A stretch of 64,000 nucleotides of DNA from a virus (IMGVR_UViG_3300032030_000005:241866-305865); one strand, 5' to 3'; positions 42,101 through 49,900 are shown, numbered from the stretch's first letter. Program-made: numbers and translations. Notes: generated from the sequence alone by a model not told the origin.

Positions 42101-43295
42101 AAAGATTTCATTTATTAAAGTCGGTGAAACTGCGGCTGAATGTTCAGGTCATAATGCTGCTGATATTGAACGACTTGATGGTTCTGCAGTAATGCCTCCA
42201 AAACAATCAACAAATATTATTGATATTCTTGAAGGAGCTACACAAGCAAATCCTGTTAAGATTACACTTATGGGTGACTCAATTACAAATGGTTACTCTG
42301 CAGATAGTGGTAAATCTTGGGCTGCTTTATTAGAATCATATATCGAAAGCAAGTATCAGTATGTTACAGTAGTAAATACTGGTGTATCTGGATGGAAGAG
42401 TTCAGATGCTGTATCAAATCTTGAAACTGCATTACCATCTGGTACAACTGTTGCAATTGCAATGTTTGGTACAAACAACCGTCAAAGCCAAGCATATATG
42501 GATGCATTATATGGTGACTACACCACAATGTACAATCGTGCTAAGAGTATGGGTGCTAAGTTCATACCAATGTGCTGTACAGCAGAAACATTGGTAAATG
42601 AATCAATCACTGCAAAGTATGTTGCAACAATGGATGCTGTTGAACGTATTATCGCAAAATGGGCAGTGGATCATAATATGGAAATGATCAACCTTTACGA
42701 AGGTTTACTCAAGTACTGTAATTATGATTCGGATAAGTTTGATAAGCTGTTCAATCAAACAGAAACAACAACTGTCGGTGGTCAAACATATCCATTTCAC
42801 ATTCATCCGAATAATGATGGTCACTACATCATGTATCGTTTGATTTGTGAAGCTTTAGGATGCAATGCGCCAGTAGCTCAGTATACAGCACCAGTTGGCG
42901 GTGGCGGATCAACAAAATACTTACATAGAATATATCTCTATAGAAAAGGATACTATTATGTCGGATTTGATTTATATACAAGTTCAGATACATCATTCCA
43001 AGGTGATACTCAGGAAATGTTTAATGCACTTGCTGCAGAATTCACAGCTCAAAACTTTACTAACTTCTCATGGAGAAGTATTCCTCATGCAACTGGTTGG
43101 TATAGAGAAACATCTGATGGTACAGCTATTACAATTGGAGCGATATACTATGATGGTACTGATTTCGTTGGTATTCGTGAAGGTGTTTCATTAACAACAT
43201 TTAATAATGCTACAATCAAGCTCACTAACATGAAATCATTCACTACTGCACCAAAGGGTACTATATTTGATAATAATATCATAGCCATTGGTTAA
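39183..43295 (+). CDS. long tail fibre with collagen-like/DTYTITY repeats and an SGNH/GDSL hydrolase domain
   Basis: About 14 G.GI.SI.KT...GLVDTYTITY.D.TT.TF.VTNG repeats; GDSIT, GVSG, GTNN, IHPN SGNH blocks. Confidence 0.85.
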   Translation: MSKIIRKGNILAESNDTWMGTKAEYEAVKETIPFGTKIVIIDGDNKGVFFMPEESIEPLIQTGTKGDPGIGIRTASVNQQGNLILTLTNNTQINAGKVVGADGADGKSVTSVTKTKTEGLVDTYTVTYTDGTTNIFTVSNGANGQDGKGIKSVTKTATVENVDTYTIKYTDNSTTTFTVTNGINGATGAAGKGIKTIAKTGSSGKIDTYTITYTDNATTTFLVTNGSDGRNGNDGVGIESIALQGHLGNVDTYVIQYTNDTSTTFNVTNGINGVDGNDGSDGISIVSAVVNGQGELVLTLSDGNTINAGEVKGKDGTSINIIDSLSSSSQLPSTGQVKGDSYLISGDLWVYTNSSDPDAVNGFKNVGRIQGPTGKGIVSANITDGKLYLTYSDSATPVLIGDVRGDTGRGISTVAKTGSAGLIDTYTITYTDATTSTFTVVNGANGATGAAGRSVTNIAKTGSAGLVDTYTITYSDSTTSTYTVTNGANGEDGQDGVGIASFEKTGSVGLVDTYTITYTDGNTDTFTVTNGADGEDGSTGATGVGIVSVTKTNTSGLVDTYTITFSDDTTTTFNITNGANGSTGAAGRGIQGIAKTGTVSNVDTYTVTLTDGTTTTFDVTNGTNGANGISVTNATINSSGELIFTFSAGDPVNVGRVVGNNGVSISSIAKTDTEGLVDTYTITFSDSTTTTFNVTNGANGAAGATGRGIQGIAKTSTTGLTDTYTITYTDNTTSTYTVVNGTVGATGKGIADISYTSTSGLEDTYTITYTDGDTDTFVVTNGAAGATGRGIVSITNTATEGLIDTYTIAYSNGTTSTFTVTNGAKGQDGANGADGDDGRGIVSVAKTSTSGLVDTYTITYSDSTTSTFTVTNGADGASGGIVQRYVPKYAHREGNDVYFEAKIDPGCDYVFDTTSYTWTGLQPKDSNGSNTRGEIAHGPNDTRVAFTAASNETQCQMRFYPGVGVEFDQIDWTKISFIKVGETAAECSGHNAADIERLDGSAVMPPKQSTNIIDILEGATQANPVKITLMGDSITNGYSADSGKSWAALLESYIESKYQYVTVVNTGVSGWKSSDAVSNLETALPSGTTVAIAMFGTNNRQSQAYMDALYGDYTTMYNRAKSMGAKFIPMCCTAETLVNESITAKYVATMDAVERIIAKWAVDHNMEMINLYEGLLKYCNYDSDKFDKLFNQTETTTVGGQTYPFHIHPNNDGHYIMYRLICEALGCNAPVAQYTAPVGGGGSTKYLHRIYLYRKGYYYVGFDLYTSSDTSFQGDTQEMFNALAAEFTAQNFTNFSWRSIPHATGWYRETSDGTAITIGAIYYDGTDFVGIREGVSLTTFNNATIKLTNMKSFTTAPKGTIFDNNIIAIG

Positions 43296-43365
43296 TGAAG
43301 AGGACCTTCAATAGAATTATCTTCTAGATATATTTACATTAATAGTTCTTATTTAATCTAAAAAA

Positions 43366-43395
43366 ATCCCTAAAGACTATATAGTCTTTAGGGAT
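43366..43395. terminator. bidirectional terminator, perfect 30 bp palindrome
   Basis: ATCCCTAAAGACTATATAGTCTTTAGGGAT. Confidence 0.85.
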
Positions 43396-43401
43396 AACTT
43401 T

Positions 43402-43742
43402 TTAAGGATAAATTGTTACAAGCTTTTTAATTACTCGTTTTTCAATTTCTCTTTTTTCAGTTTCTACAACTTGTACCAGTACGATGGTAAGTTCTTTTCC
43501 TTTGCTTCCTGGCAGTCTACCAATAGATAGCTTATTTTCTTTAAAATTCTTATTTCTAAATAAGAAATCATCAGCTCGCCAGTCTGTATCAAACAATAAT
43601 TCACTGTATATTGGTAATACTTCTTTAGTCCAAGAACCACTCCACTGGAAGTTTTCACTCTTCTTTATAGAACAGAATACATGATGATCTGATTCTACTA
43701 CTTTGCATACCTAAGATTTCGTATAGTCAAACTATTCATCAT
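43402..43742 (-). pseudogene. frameshifted hypothetical gene
   Basis: ATG at 43742 overlaps the upstream stop and reads MMNSLTIRNLRYAK*; a 102-codon stop-free frame (VCKVVESDHH...TIYP) begins at 43710 in the adjacent frame. Confidence 0.55.
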
Positions 43743-44260
43743 ATTAATTTCTCCGTTATAGTTTCAAATAATCCTTTACTTCTAAACATTTCAAAGTATT
43801 GAGTTAAAAGATTTTTTCTTTTTTCATCATCTTTTATATTAAGTAAAGGTATACAAAAACGCTTAAAATGTTCAGCATACCAATCTGGTTGATCCTCAAA
43901 TTTATTTGGATCAAAATTTTCTAATAGTTCATAACCTCGTTTACTTGCATCTCCATCACCTATCATATCTTTAAGTTTTTCAATATGATCTAGGTCTTTT
44001 ACATACACATCCCATTCCGCTAGGAAATATGGAAATGCAAAATTATTGCATTCTGGATTATTAATTAATTCATCCATATGATTAGAGATGCAGTTTGCAA
44101 AATCATCATCATTAAAATCTTCATCATCAAAGATTTTATAATATTCATCCGTTAATCTTTTATCATCTGGTTTATATACAGATAATGCCGCTATTTTAAT
44201 TTTAGCAGAATAATCCATAGGTGTATCTCCACCCATAAAATGACCGCTCCAGTATCCCAT
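43739..44260 (-). CDS. hypothetical protein, DUF4259-like N-terminus
   Basis: MGYWSGHFMGGDTPMD resembles the MGxWGxGxFxNDxAxD motif; early promoter 44326-44333 (-). Confidence 0.5.
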   Translation of the reverse strand: MGYWSGHFMGGDTPMDYSAKIKIAALSVYKPDDKRLTDEYYKIFDDEDFNDDDFANCISNHMDELINNPECNNFAFPYFLAEWDVYVKDLDHIEKLKDMIGDGDASKRGYELLENFDPNKFEDQPDWYAEHFKRFCIPLLNIKDDEKRKNLLTQYFEMFRSKGLFETITEKLI

Positions 44261-44390
44261 AATAAAAGTCCTCCTTTAATATAATTATTTTCTTGGGATC
44301 ATAGAAATAATATTTCTACATGTATATAATATATATGTGAAAACCGTATCAAATGTAGATATTGAATATATATTATAATTGTGTAAAATA

Positions 44391-44435
44391 GAAACATTAA
44401 GTGACATGGACAGGTCACTATAATAAAAGGTCCAT
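44391..44435 (+). ncRNA. 5'-leader H-type pseudoknot motif, copy 1
   Basis: S1 AGTGAC(44400-05)/GTCACT(44414-19); S2 ATGGAC(44406-11)/GTCCAT(44430-35); second copy at 56235-56279. Confidence 0.7.
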
Positions 44436-44453
44436 CCATAAGGAGGTTATATT

Positions 44454-44672
44454 ATGGATATGACAATTACAATAACTACAAAATGCGATGAAAGAGAAGC
44501 GAGATACCTCTCAAAAGCGGCAGCTCGCGAGAAGGCACTTGAAGCTCTTAGACTTCTTAACATGATCGATAACAGAATGGATAAATTTAATAATGATTGG
44601 TCTGATATTGAGCAGGCTAAGACTTGTATCCGTTATGCTCTTGATCATTTGGATTCAGCTTTAGGAGAATAA
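44454..44672 (+). CDS. small early protein
   Basis: Own early promoter, AAGGAGG RBS and terminator; helical, contains AREKALE. Confidence 0.75.
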   Translation: MDMTITITTKCDEREARYLSKAAAREKALEALRLLNMIDNRMDKFNNDWSDIEQAKTCIRYALDHLDSALGE

Positions 44673-44804
44673 TCCTAAAGCTGAATTAGAAAAGTTAACC
44701 CAATCCGGATATGGTGAGGGTTAACTTTTTTAGTAATTTTTTTTAATTATATATTATATATGTGTCGATAAAAAGACGTTATTATTTCAAGGGGAGGAAT
44801 AGCA

Positions 44805-44840
44805 ATGTATAATTATTACTACTTATTTAAAGATGGTTAA
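44805..44840 (+). CDS. 11 aa micro-ORF MYNYYYLFKDG
   Basis: Early promoter 44750-44757 and GGGGAGG RBS 7 nt upstream of ATG. Confidence 0.4.
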   Translation: MYNYYYLFKDG

Positions 44841-44898
44841 TAAAATTTATTTTTAAAAAACATTATCAACATAAAAATATTATAAGGAGTAAAAAACA

Positions 44899-45504
44899 AT
44901 GACAATTAAGGAAATAAAAAATACAAATAAGGTAATATTAGAAATAAAAGATAAAGCAATAATGTTACCAAAAGAATTAGGTGAATACTTAATAAAAACT
45001 AATGGATTAAATGATTCCAATATAGTAATCACCGAATCTACAACTGGCGTTAAAACTCTTAAAATTAAGAGTTTAACATACACTATCTTAGATGATGGTG
45101 AAAAAGAAAAGGTGTTAAATCTTTACAAAGAAAAGTTTAACATCAAAAATATAATAGAAAATAAAGAAAAGAAGGAAGAAAATAATATGAAAGTAAATAT
45201 TCGATTTATGAATCCTAAGAAGGATTCAGAAAAGACAAATCCGTTTAAGAAATTTATACTATCAATCATTAAACCAAAAATCGTTGATAGAGAATTTAAA
45301 GATTTCACAGAAGTAAGTTCCGTAGTCTATGATGCTCTCAAACCGTTTATGACGGACAACTCTAAATGGACTATTGAGGATAACACTAAGGCTGAAGGTC
45401 TTGTTATTAAAAATGAATATAAGAAGGAAGGCAGAGAATTTCCTTCTCATAATATCTTCTTTATCAATAAAGTTGAAGAAGATAAGACTGCTGAAACTAA
45501 GTAA
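44899..45504 (+). CDS. hypothetical protein
   Basis: AAGGAG RBS; AACA-N6-TA at 44868-44879. Confidence 0.7.
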   Translation: MTIKEIKNTNKVILEIKDKAIMLPKELGEYLIKTNGLNDSNIVITESTTGVKTLKIKSLTYTILDDGEKEKVLNLYKEKFNIKNIIENKEKKEENNMKVNIRFMNPKKDSEKTNPFKKFILSIIKPKIVDREFKDFTEVSSVVYDALKPFMTDNSKWTIEDNTKAEGLVIKNEYKKEGREFPSHNIFFINKVEEDKTAETK

Positions 45505-45525
45505 AAACAATTAAGTTTTTATATG

Positions 45526-45554
45526 ATCCCATAAGACAATATGTCTTATGGGAT
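45526..45554 (+). terminator. terminator, CCCATAAGAC palindrome family
   Basis: ATCCCATAAGACA/TGTCTTATGGGAT plus T-run. Confidence 0.85.
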
Positions 45555-45647
45555 TATTTTTTTTTTTAACTGTAATAAAATATTTACTTGAATATATATT
45601 ATAATTATGAATATTCAACATAATAAATCATGAAAGGAGGTGATATC

Positions 45648-45803
45648 ATGTTTGGATTCGGTAGTACATCTACCAAGACATCTTCCAAGAAGAAGTCCGG
45701 AAGAATCTTTGGAGGTAGCTATAGCTATAGCTCTTCATCTTCAAAGAGTTCAAGTGGTTCTTCTTCAAAGAAGACTAAGATCACTTATAAAAAGAAGAAG
45801 TAA
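45648..45803 (+). CDS. 51 aa Ser/Lys-rich basic microprotein (not in ORF track)
   Basis: GAAAGGAGGTGA RBS; MFGFGSTSTKTSSKKKSGRIFGGSYSYSSSSSKSSSGSSSKKTKITYKKKK; early promoter 45595-45602. Confidence 0.75.
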   Translation: MFGFGSTSTKTSSKKKSGRIFGGSYSYSSSSSKSSSGSSSKKTKITYKKKK

Positions 45804-45958
45804 AATTCTTCAAATGAGATGATCTACTCTGAATAAGATTCCGAGTTGGTTAGCTTGGGAACAGAATTAACTAAAAAAATAATTCCTTATATGAGGAGTT
45901 ATTTTTTTTATTTTTTATAACTAAATATATATTATAATTATACTAAGGAGGAATTATT

Positions 45959-48016
45959 ATGAAAAAGAAAACTTTAAAAGAATTTGAAAATCAATTAATA
46001 TCTATAGATCCTGAATATTCATTAACTGAAAATAGTGTATATATAAATGATTCAACGCCTATTGAAATTAAACATAATAAATGTAATAATATTTTTATGA
46101 TGAGACCGGGTAAATTTATAGGAACTAAAAACACTAAAGGTAATAGATGTCCATATTGTTTTGGAACTCCTAAGAAAACATTAGAAGATATTAAAAATGA
46201 AGCATTAAATTATAATTGTGAAGTATTAAGTAAAGAATATATAAATAATAAAGAAAATTTAACATTTAAATGCTTAGAATGTAATAATATATTTGAAATG
46301 CCTTATAATAGATTTTCTAAAAAGGATATTGATATTAAATGTCCTGAATGTCGTAAGAAGAATAGAAAGAGTAATAAGACTGCTAATAATAAACTTATTA
46401 TAAAGAATACTGATTCTATTAATAATAAAAAAGAAGAAATTTTAAATTTTATAAAATCAATATATAATGGAAATATTAAAATCGATTTTAAAATTAAAGA
46501 GTTTAAAATTGATTTTTATATCCCTGAATATAAAATAGCATTTGATTTTGATAATTTATATTATCATTCAGAAAAATTTATATCTTCTAAAACATATCAT
46601 CTAGATAAAACTATATTTTGCAAAAATAATGATATAAGGCTTATTCATATTTTTGAAGATGAATGGGATAATAAACAAGAAATAGTTAAAGATAAAATAA
46701 CTTATTTATTAAAAAGATGTAATAATAAAATATATGCTAGAAAATGTGAAATTGTTTTATTAGATAAAAAAGATAAAGGAAAATTTTTAAATGAAAATCA
46801 TATTCAAGGAAATGATTCAGCTCAAATAAGTTTAGGATTAAAATATAATGATAAAATTGTAGCATGTATGACATTTTGCAAACAAAGAATCTGTATGTAT
46901 AAGAAAACTAATAATACAGATAAAAGTAATAAGTATGAATTGTCTAGATATACTACTTTAAAGAATCATTCAGTTATAGGTGGTTTTAGTAAATTATTTA
47001 AATATTTTATAAATAATTATAAATGTGATTATATTATAACTTATGCTGATATGAGATGGTCATTAGGAGATGTATATGAAGGATTGTTAACATATTCTCA
47101 TACTGCAAGGCCCGATTACTTTTATTTAGCTCCAGAAGATCGAACTAAAAGATTACATAGATATCAATTTAGAAAAACATCTATTAAAGAAAAATTTCCA
47201 AAAATATATTCAGATGAAAAAACTGAACGTGAAATGATGTTAGAAGCTGGTTATTTAAGAGTATATGGTTGTGGTAATTTAGTTTATACATGGGAGAGAT
47301 CTCATAAAAATTCAAAATATACTATTAATGAGGTAAGAAAATATATCAATTCAAATAAAGATTATGAATTGATATCTACTGAATATATTAATTATAAAGA
47401 GAAATTAAAAATTAGACATTTAGATCATGAATTTGAAATGTGTTTTGATTGTTTTAAAAATCAAAATCAAAGATGTCCAATTTGTAATGGTACTAAAAAA
47501 TATACTATTGAAGAAGTTAAAGAACTTATACATAAAACAGATAATGAATATATTTGTATATCGGATTCATATATTAATAATAAATCTAATATAAAAATTA
47601 AACATTTAACTTGTGGATATATTTATGAAGCTAATTTAAATAATTTCTTAAATAAAGAAAATAGATGTCCAAAATGTAAAAATATTTCTAAAGGTGAAAG
47701 AGATATTATGAAATTTTTGGATAAATATAATATACCTTATGAATATCGTTATAAAGGATTTAAAGATTGTAGAGATAAACGTACCTTAGAATTTGATTTT
47801 TATCTAAAACAATATAATCTTTGTATTGAATTTGATGGAGATTTTCATAGAGTAGAAGGCCGTTTTAAATCCATAGATACTTTAGAAAAATTAAAATTGC
47901 AACAAAAGCATGATAAAATAAAAGATGATTATTGTGAAAACAAAGGAATAAAATTAATAAGAATTCTTTATAGAAAAGATATTAAACCAACTCTTATTAA
48001 AGAATTAAATTTATAA
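45959..48016 (+). CDS. free-standing homing endonuclease with Zn-ribbon repeats, a Hef-like domain and a C-terminal Vsr/DUF559-like nuclease
   Basis: H..C...CPxC repeats; IDFYIP...YYHS...IYARKC...YADMRWS; FDFYL...CIEFDGDFH; very AT-rich. Confidence 0.75.
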   Translation: MKKKTLKEFENQLISIDPEYSLTENSVYINDSTPIEIKHNKCNNIFMMRPGKFIGTKNTKGNRCPYCFGTPKKTLEDIKNEALNYNCEVLSKEYINNKENLTFKCLECNNIFEMPYNRFSKKDIDIKCPECRKKNRKSNKTANNKLIIKNTDSINNKKEEILNFIKSIYNGNIKIDFKIKEFKIDFYIPEYKIAFDFDNLYYHSEKFISSKTYHLDKTIFCKNNDIRLIHIFEDEWDNKQEIVKDKITYLLKRCNNKIYARKCEIVLLDKKDKGKFLNENHIQGNDSAQISLGLKYNDKIVACMTFCKQRICMYKKTNNTDKSNKYELSRYTTLKNHSVIGGFSKLFKYFINNYKCDYIITYADMRWSLGDVYEGLLTYSHTARPDYFYLAPEDRTKRLHRYQFRKTSIKEKFPKIYSDEKTEREMMLEAGYLRVYGCGNLVYTWERSHKNSKYTINEVRKYINSNKDYELISTEYINYKEKLKIRHLDHEFEMCFDCFKNQNQRCPICNGTKKYTIEEVKELIHKTDNEYICISDSYINNKSNIKIKHLTCGYIYEANLNNFLNKENRCPKCKNISKGERDIMKFLDKYNIPYEYRYKGFKDCRDKRTLEFDFYLKQYNLCIEFDGDFHRVEGRFKSIDTLEKLKLQQKHDKIKDDYCENKGIKLIRILYRKDIKPTLIKELNL

Positions 48017-48023
48017 AAAAAAA

Positions 48024-48051
48024 TCCCCTAAAGACTGAAGTCTTTAGGGGA
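48024..48051. terminator. bidirectional terminator, CCCTAAAGAC family
   Basis: TCCCCTAAAGACT/AGTCTTTAGGGGA between convergent genes. Confidence 0.85.
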
Positions 48052-48100
48052 ATATTTATTTCACACGGAGATTTTTTTTACATTTCACACGGTGATTTTA

Positions 48101-49900
48101 TTATACTCTGTCGTAAACAGAACCATCGTTGTTCTTGATAATTACCTTTGCAATGATCGGAACGAATTCTTCAATCGTGTCACGCTTTGTGAGCATGATT
48201 GAAGGAACATTCTGGTTAACAGTGTTAAGGTAGTTCTTAACAACGTTGAATGTATATGGATAGTATTCAAATGTCTTGAACTTATCTGTAGTTGGAACGA
48301 AGAACATTGTGAGTTCGCCCTGCGGAATAAGATCTGAAGATATGATTGTGTACTTATTTGCTCCAGAAATAGCACCGATAGAATACTGTACTTCTACACC
48401 ATTTTGCTGATCGTTAACAGAATTGAATGACCATGAAACATTAGGGAGAATATTTGTATCAATCGGATTACCAACGATTACAAAGTAACCATTATAGCAC
48501 TTATAATCGCCACGCATCTTAGTAGCAAGGAGATCGAAGAGCTTCTTAAGTTCATTGAGCCATTCAGATGGATTCATAGCGAAGTGACCTGATGGATAAA
48601 CGTTAAAGCTCTTTCTATACTGAGCCTGAGTACCAGCATAAGCTCTTTCAAGGAACTGATAAATTCTCTGGTCAACCTTTTGAGCACATACGTTTGACAT
48701 AATGTCAATGAGTTCTGCTGCACCATCAACCTGATACATAGCCTTAACATCCTGAAGGAATTCAAGAGGTAAGCTTGACTCGATGTGTTCGCCAACGCCG
48801 ATTTCGATATCTCTCTTGTCGATTTCGAAGTCAACATTAGTAGCCTTCTGATGTGTTTCAGATGAAAGGAATGCCATTACACGAATCTTAACAGCACGAC
48901 CAGACATTGATACGAATTCAAGGAAACCATTTTCAAGATCTACTGAACCGAAGATAGTATCCTTTGTAGAAATCATAGCACCCGTAGCATCATATTCTGT
49001 GAAGAATACATCAGCATAAAGTCTTCTATAGAGGTCAACCTTTGCATTAACCTTAATAGGTGTAACAACAACTGTTGTACCGTCAGCCTGTACTACTGGA
49101 TAGTAAACATCAGTAACTACAAACTTTCTATCAACAGCATATCTAGCATCATTTGTTGGATGCTTATGATCAAAGATCATTGAAGCTGTGAAGAGATTGA
49201 ACTTTTCAATCTTACCACCAACACCAAGCTGGATTTCACCCGGAATTGCAGCATCAGCAGCAGTTGGGTCAGCTTCTACAGCAGTTCTTGTAACTGGAGT
49301 AATAGCTGTAATACCATCCTTAGTGATTGTAGCCTTTGCAAAGAATTCACCAGCTGGATCTGTAGGATCTGTAGCAGGATCGAAGTCAGGGTTCTGAGCG
49401 AAACCTTCATTCATTGGAAGCTGATAAAGTTCAGCAAGTTCATTATCATACATGTTAAGGCATTCTGGGAGATAGTGCTTTGTCTTACCATCTGCACCAA
49501 GAATATATGGCTTCATGAATGCAACTGAGAAAGCTGGAACTGTAACAGGTTCTGTAGGGATAGCATACTTAAGTGAAAGTCTAGCCCAAAGCTTTACAAG
49601 AATAGGCATTGTAAGTGAAGCGTAAGGCTGTACACCTTCAAGAGATTCTGTAAGAATATTTTCTCTTGTAGAATCTGCCATTTCCTTAAGCTGAGCCATT
49701 TCTGTAGCTTCGAAACCTTCACAAAGATGATTCATGTAATCCTCGTAAAGTACGTTATCTGTAAGAATATCTTCAAAGTTCTTACCAATAATATTGGTCT
49801 GATGTCTCTGAGCGAAGTAATCTTGAGTTTCATTAAGACGTCTTGAGAAAGCGTCTGTTGGTGAAGATGTAGTCATCTTCTTCTGATAAATAACACTCAT
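48101..49900 (-). CDS. major capsid protein precursor (AR9-like)
   Basis: 599 aa; strongest high-expression codon bias in the window; late promoter 50009-50020; ILTE|S candidate cleavage near residue 85; overall resemblance to jumbo-phage MCPs. Confidence 0.7.
   Translation of the reverse strand: MSVIYQKKMTTSSPTDAFSRRLNETQDYFAQRHQTNIIGKNFEDILTDNVLYEDYMNHLCEGFEATEMAQLKEMADSTRENILTESLEGVQPYASLTMPILVKLWARLSLKYAIPTEPVTVPAFSVAFMKPYILGADGKTKHYLPECLNMYDNELAELYQLPMNEGFAQNPDFDPATDPTDPAGEFFAKATITKDGITAITPVTRTAVEADPTAADAAIPGEIQLGVGGKIEKFNLFTASMIFDHKHPTNDARYAVDRKFVVTDVYYPVVQADGTTVVVTPIKVNAKVDLYRRLYADVFFTEYDATGAMISTKDTIFGSVDLENGFLEFVSMSGRAVKIRVMAFLSSETHQKATNVDFEIDKRDIEIGVGEHIESSLPLEFLQDVKAMYQVDGAAELIDIMSNVCAQKVDQRIYQFLERAYAGTQAQYRKSFNVYPSGHFAMNPSEWLNELKKLFDLLATKMRGDYKCYNGYFVIVGNPIDTNILPNVSWSFNSVNDQQNGVEVQYSIGAISGANKYTIISSDLIPQGELTMFFVPTTDKFKTFEYYPYTFNVVKNYLNTVNQNVPSIMLTKRDTIEEFVPIIAKVIIKNNDGSVYDRV

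Noticed and set aside
21749-43295. Diversity-generating retroelement acting on fibre tips
   Set aside because: No reverse transcriptase and no TR/VR pair differing only at adenines seen in this window
44400-44435. preQ1-I or SAM-II riboswitch identity for the pseudoknot
   Set aside because: Topology is similar but I do not see the conserved ligand-binding nucleotides, and downstream genes are unrelated to those pathways; needs an Rfam scan
45640-45822. 60 aa ORF from the track (MISCLDS...)
   Set aside because: Its GTG lies inside the RBS; the ATG at 45648 in another frame has ideal spacing and typical codon usage
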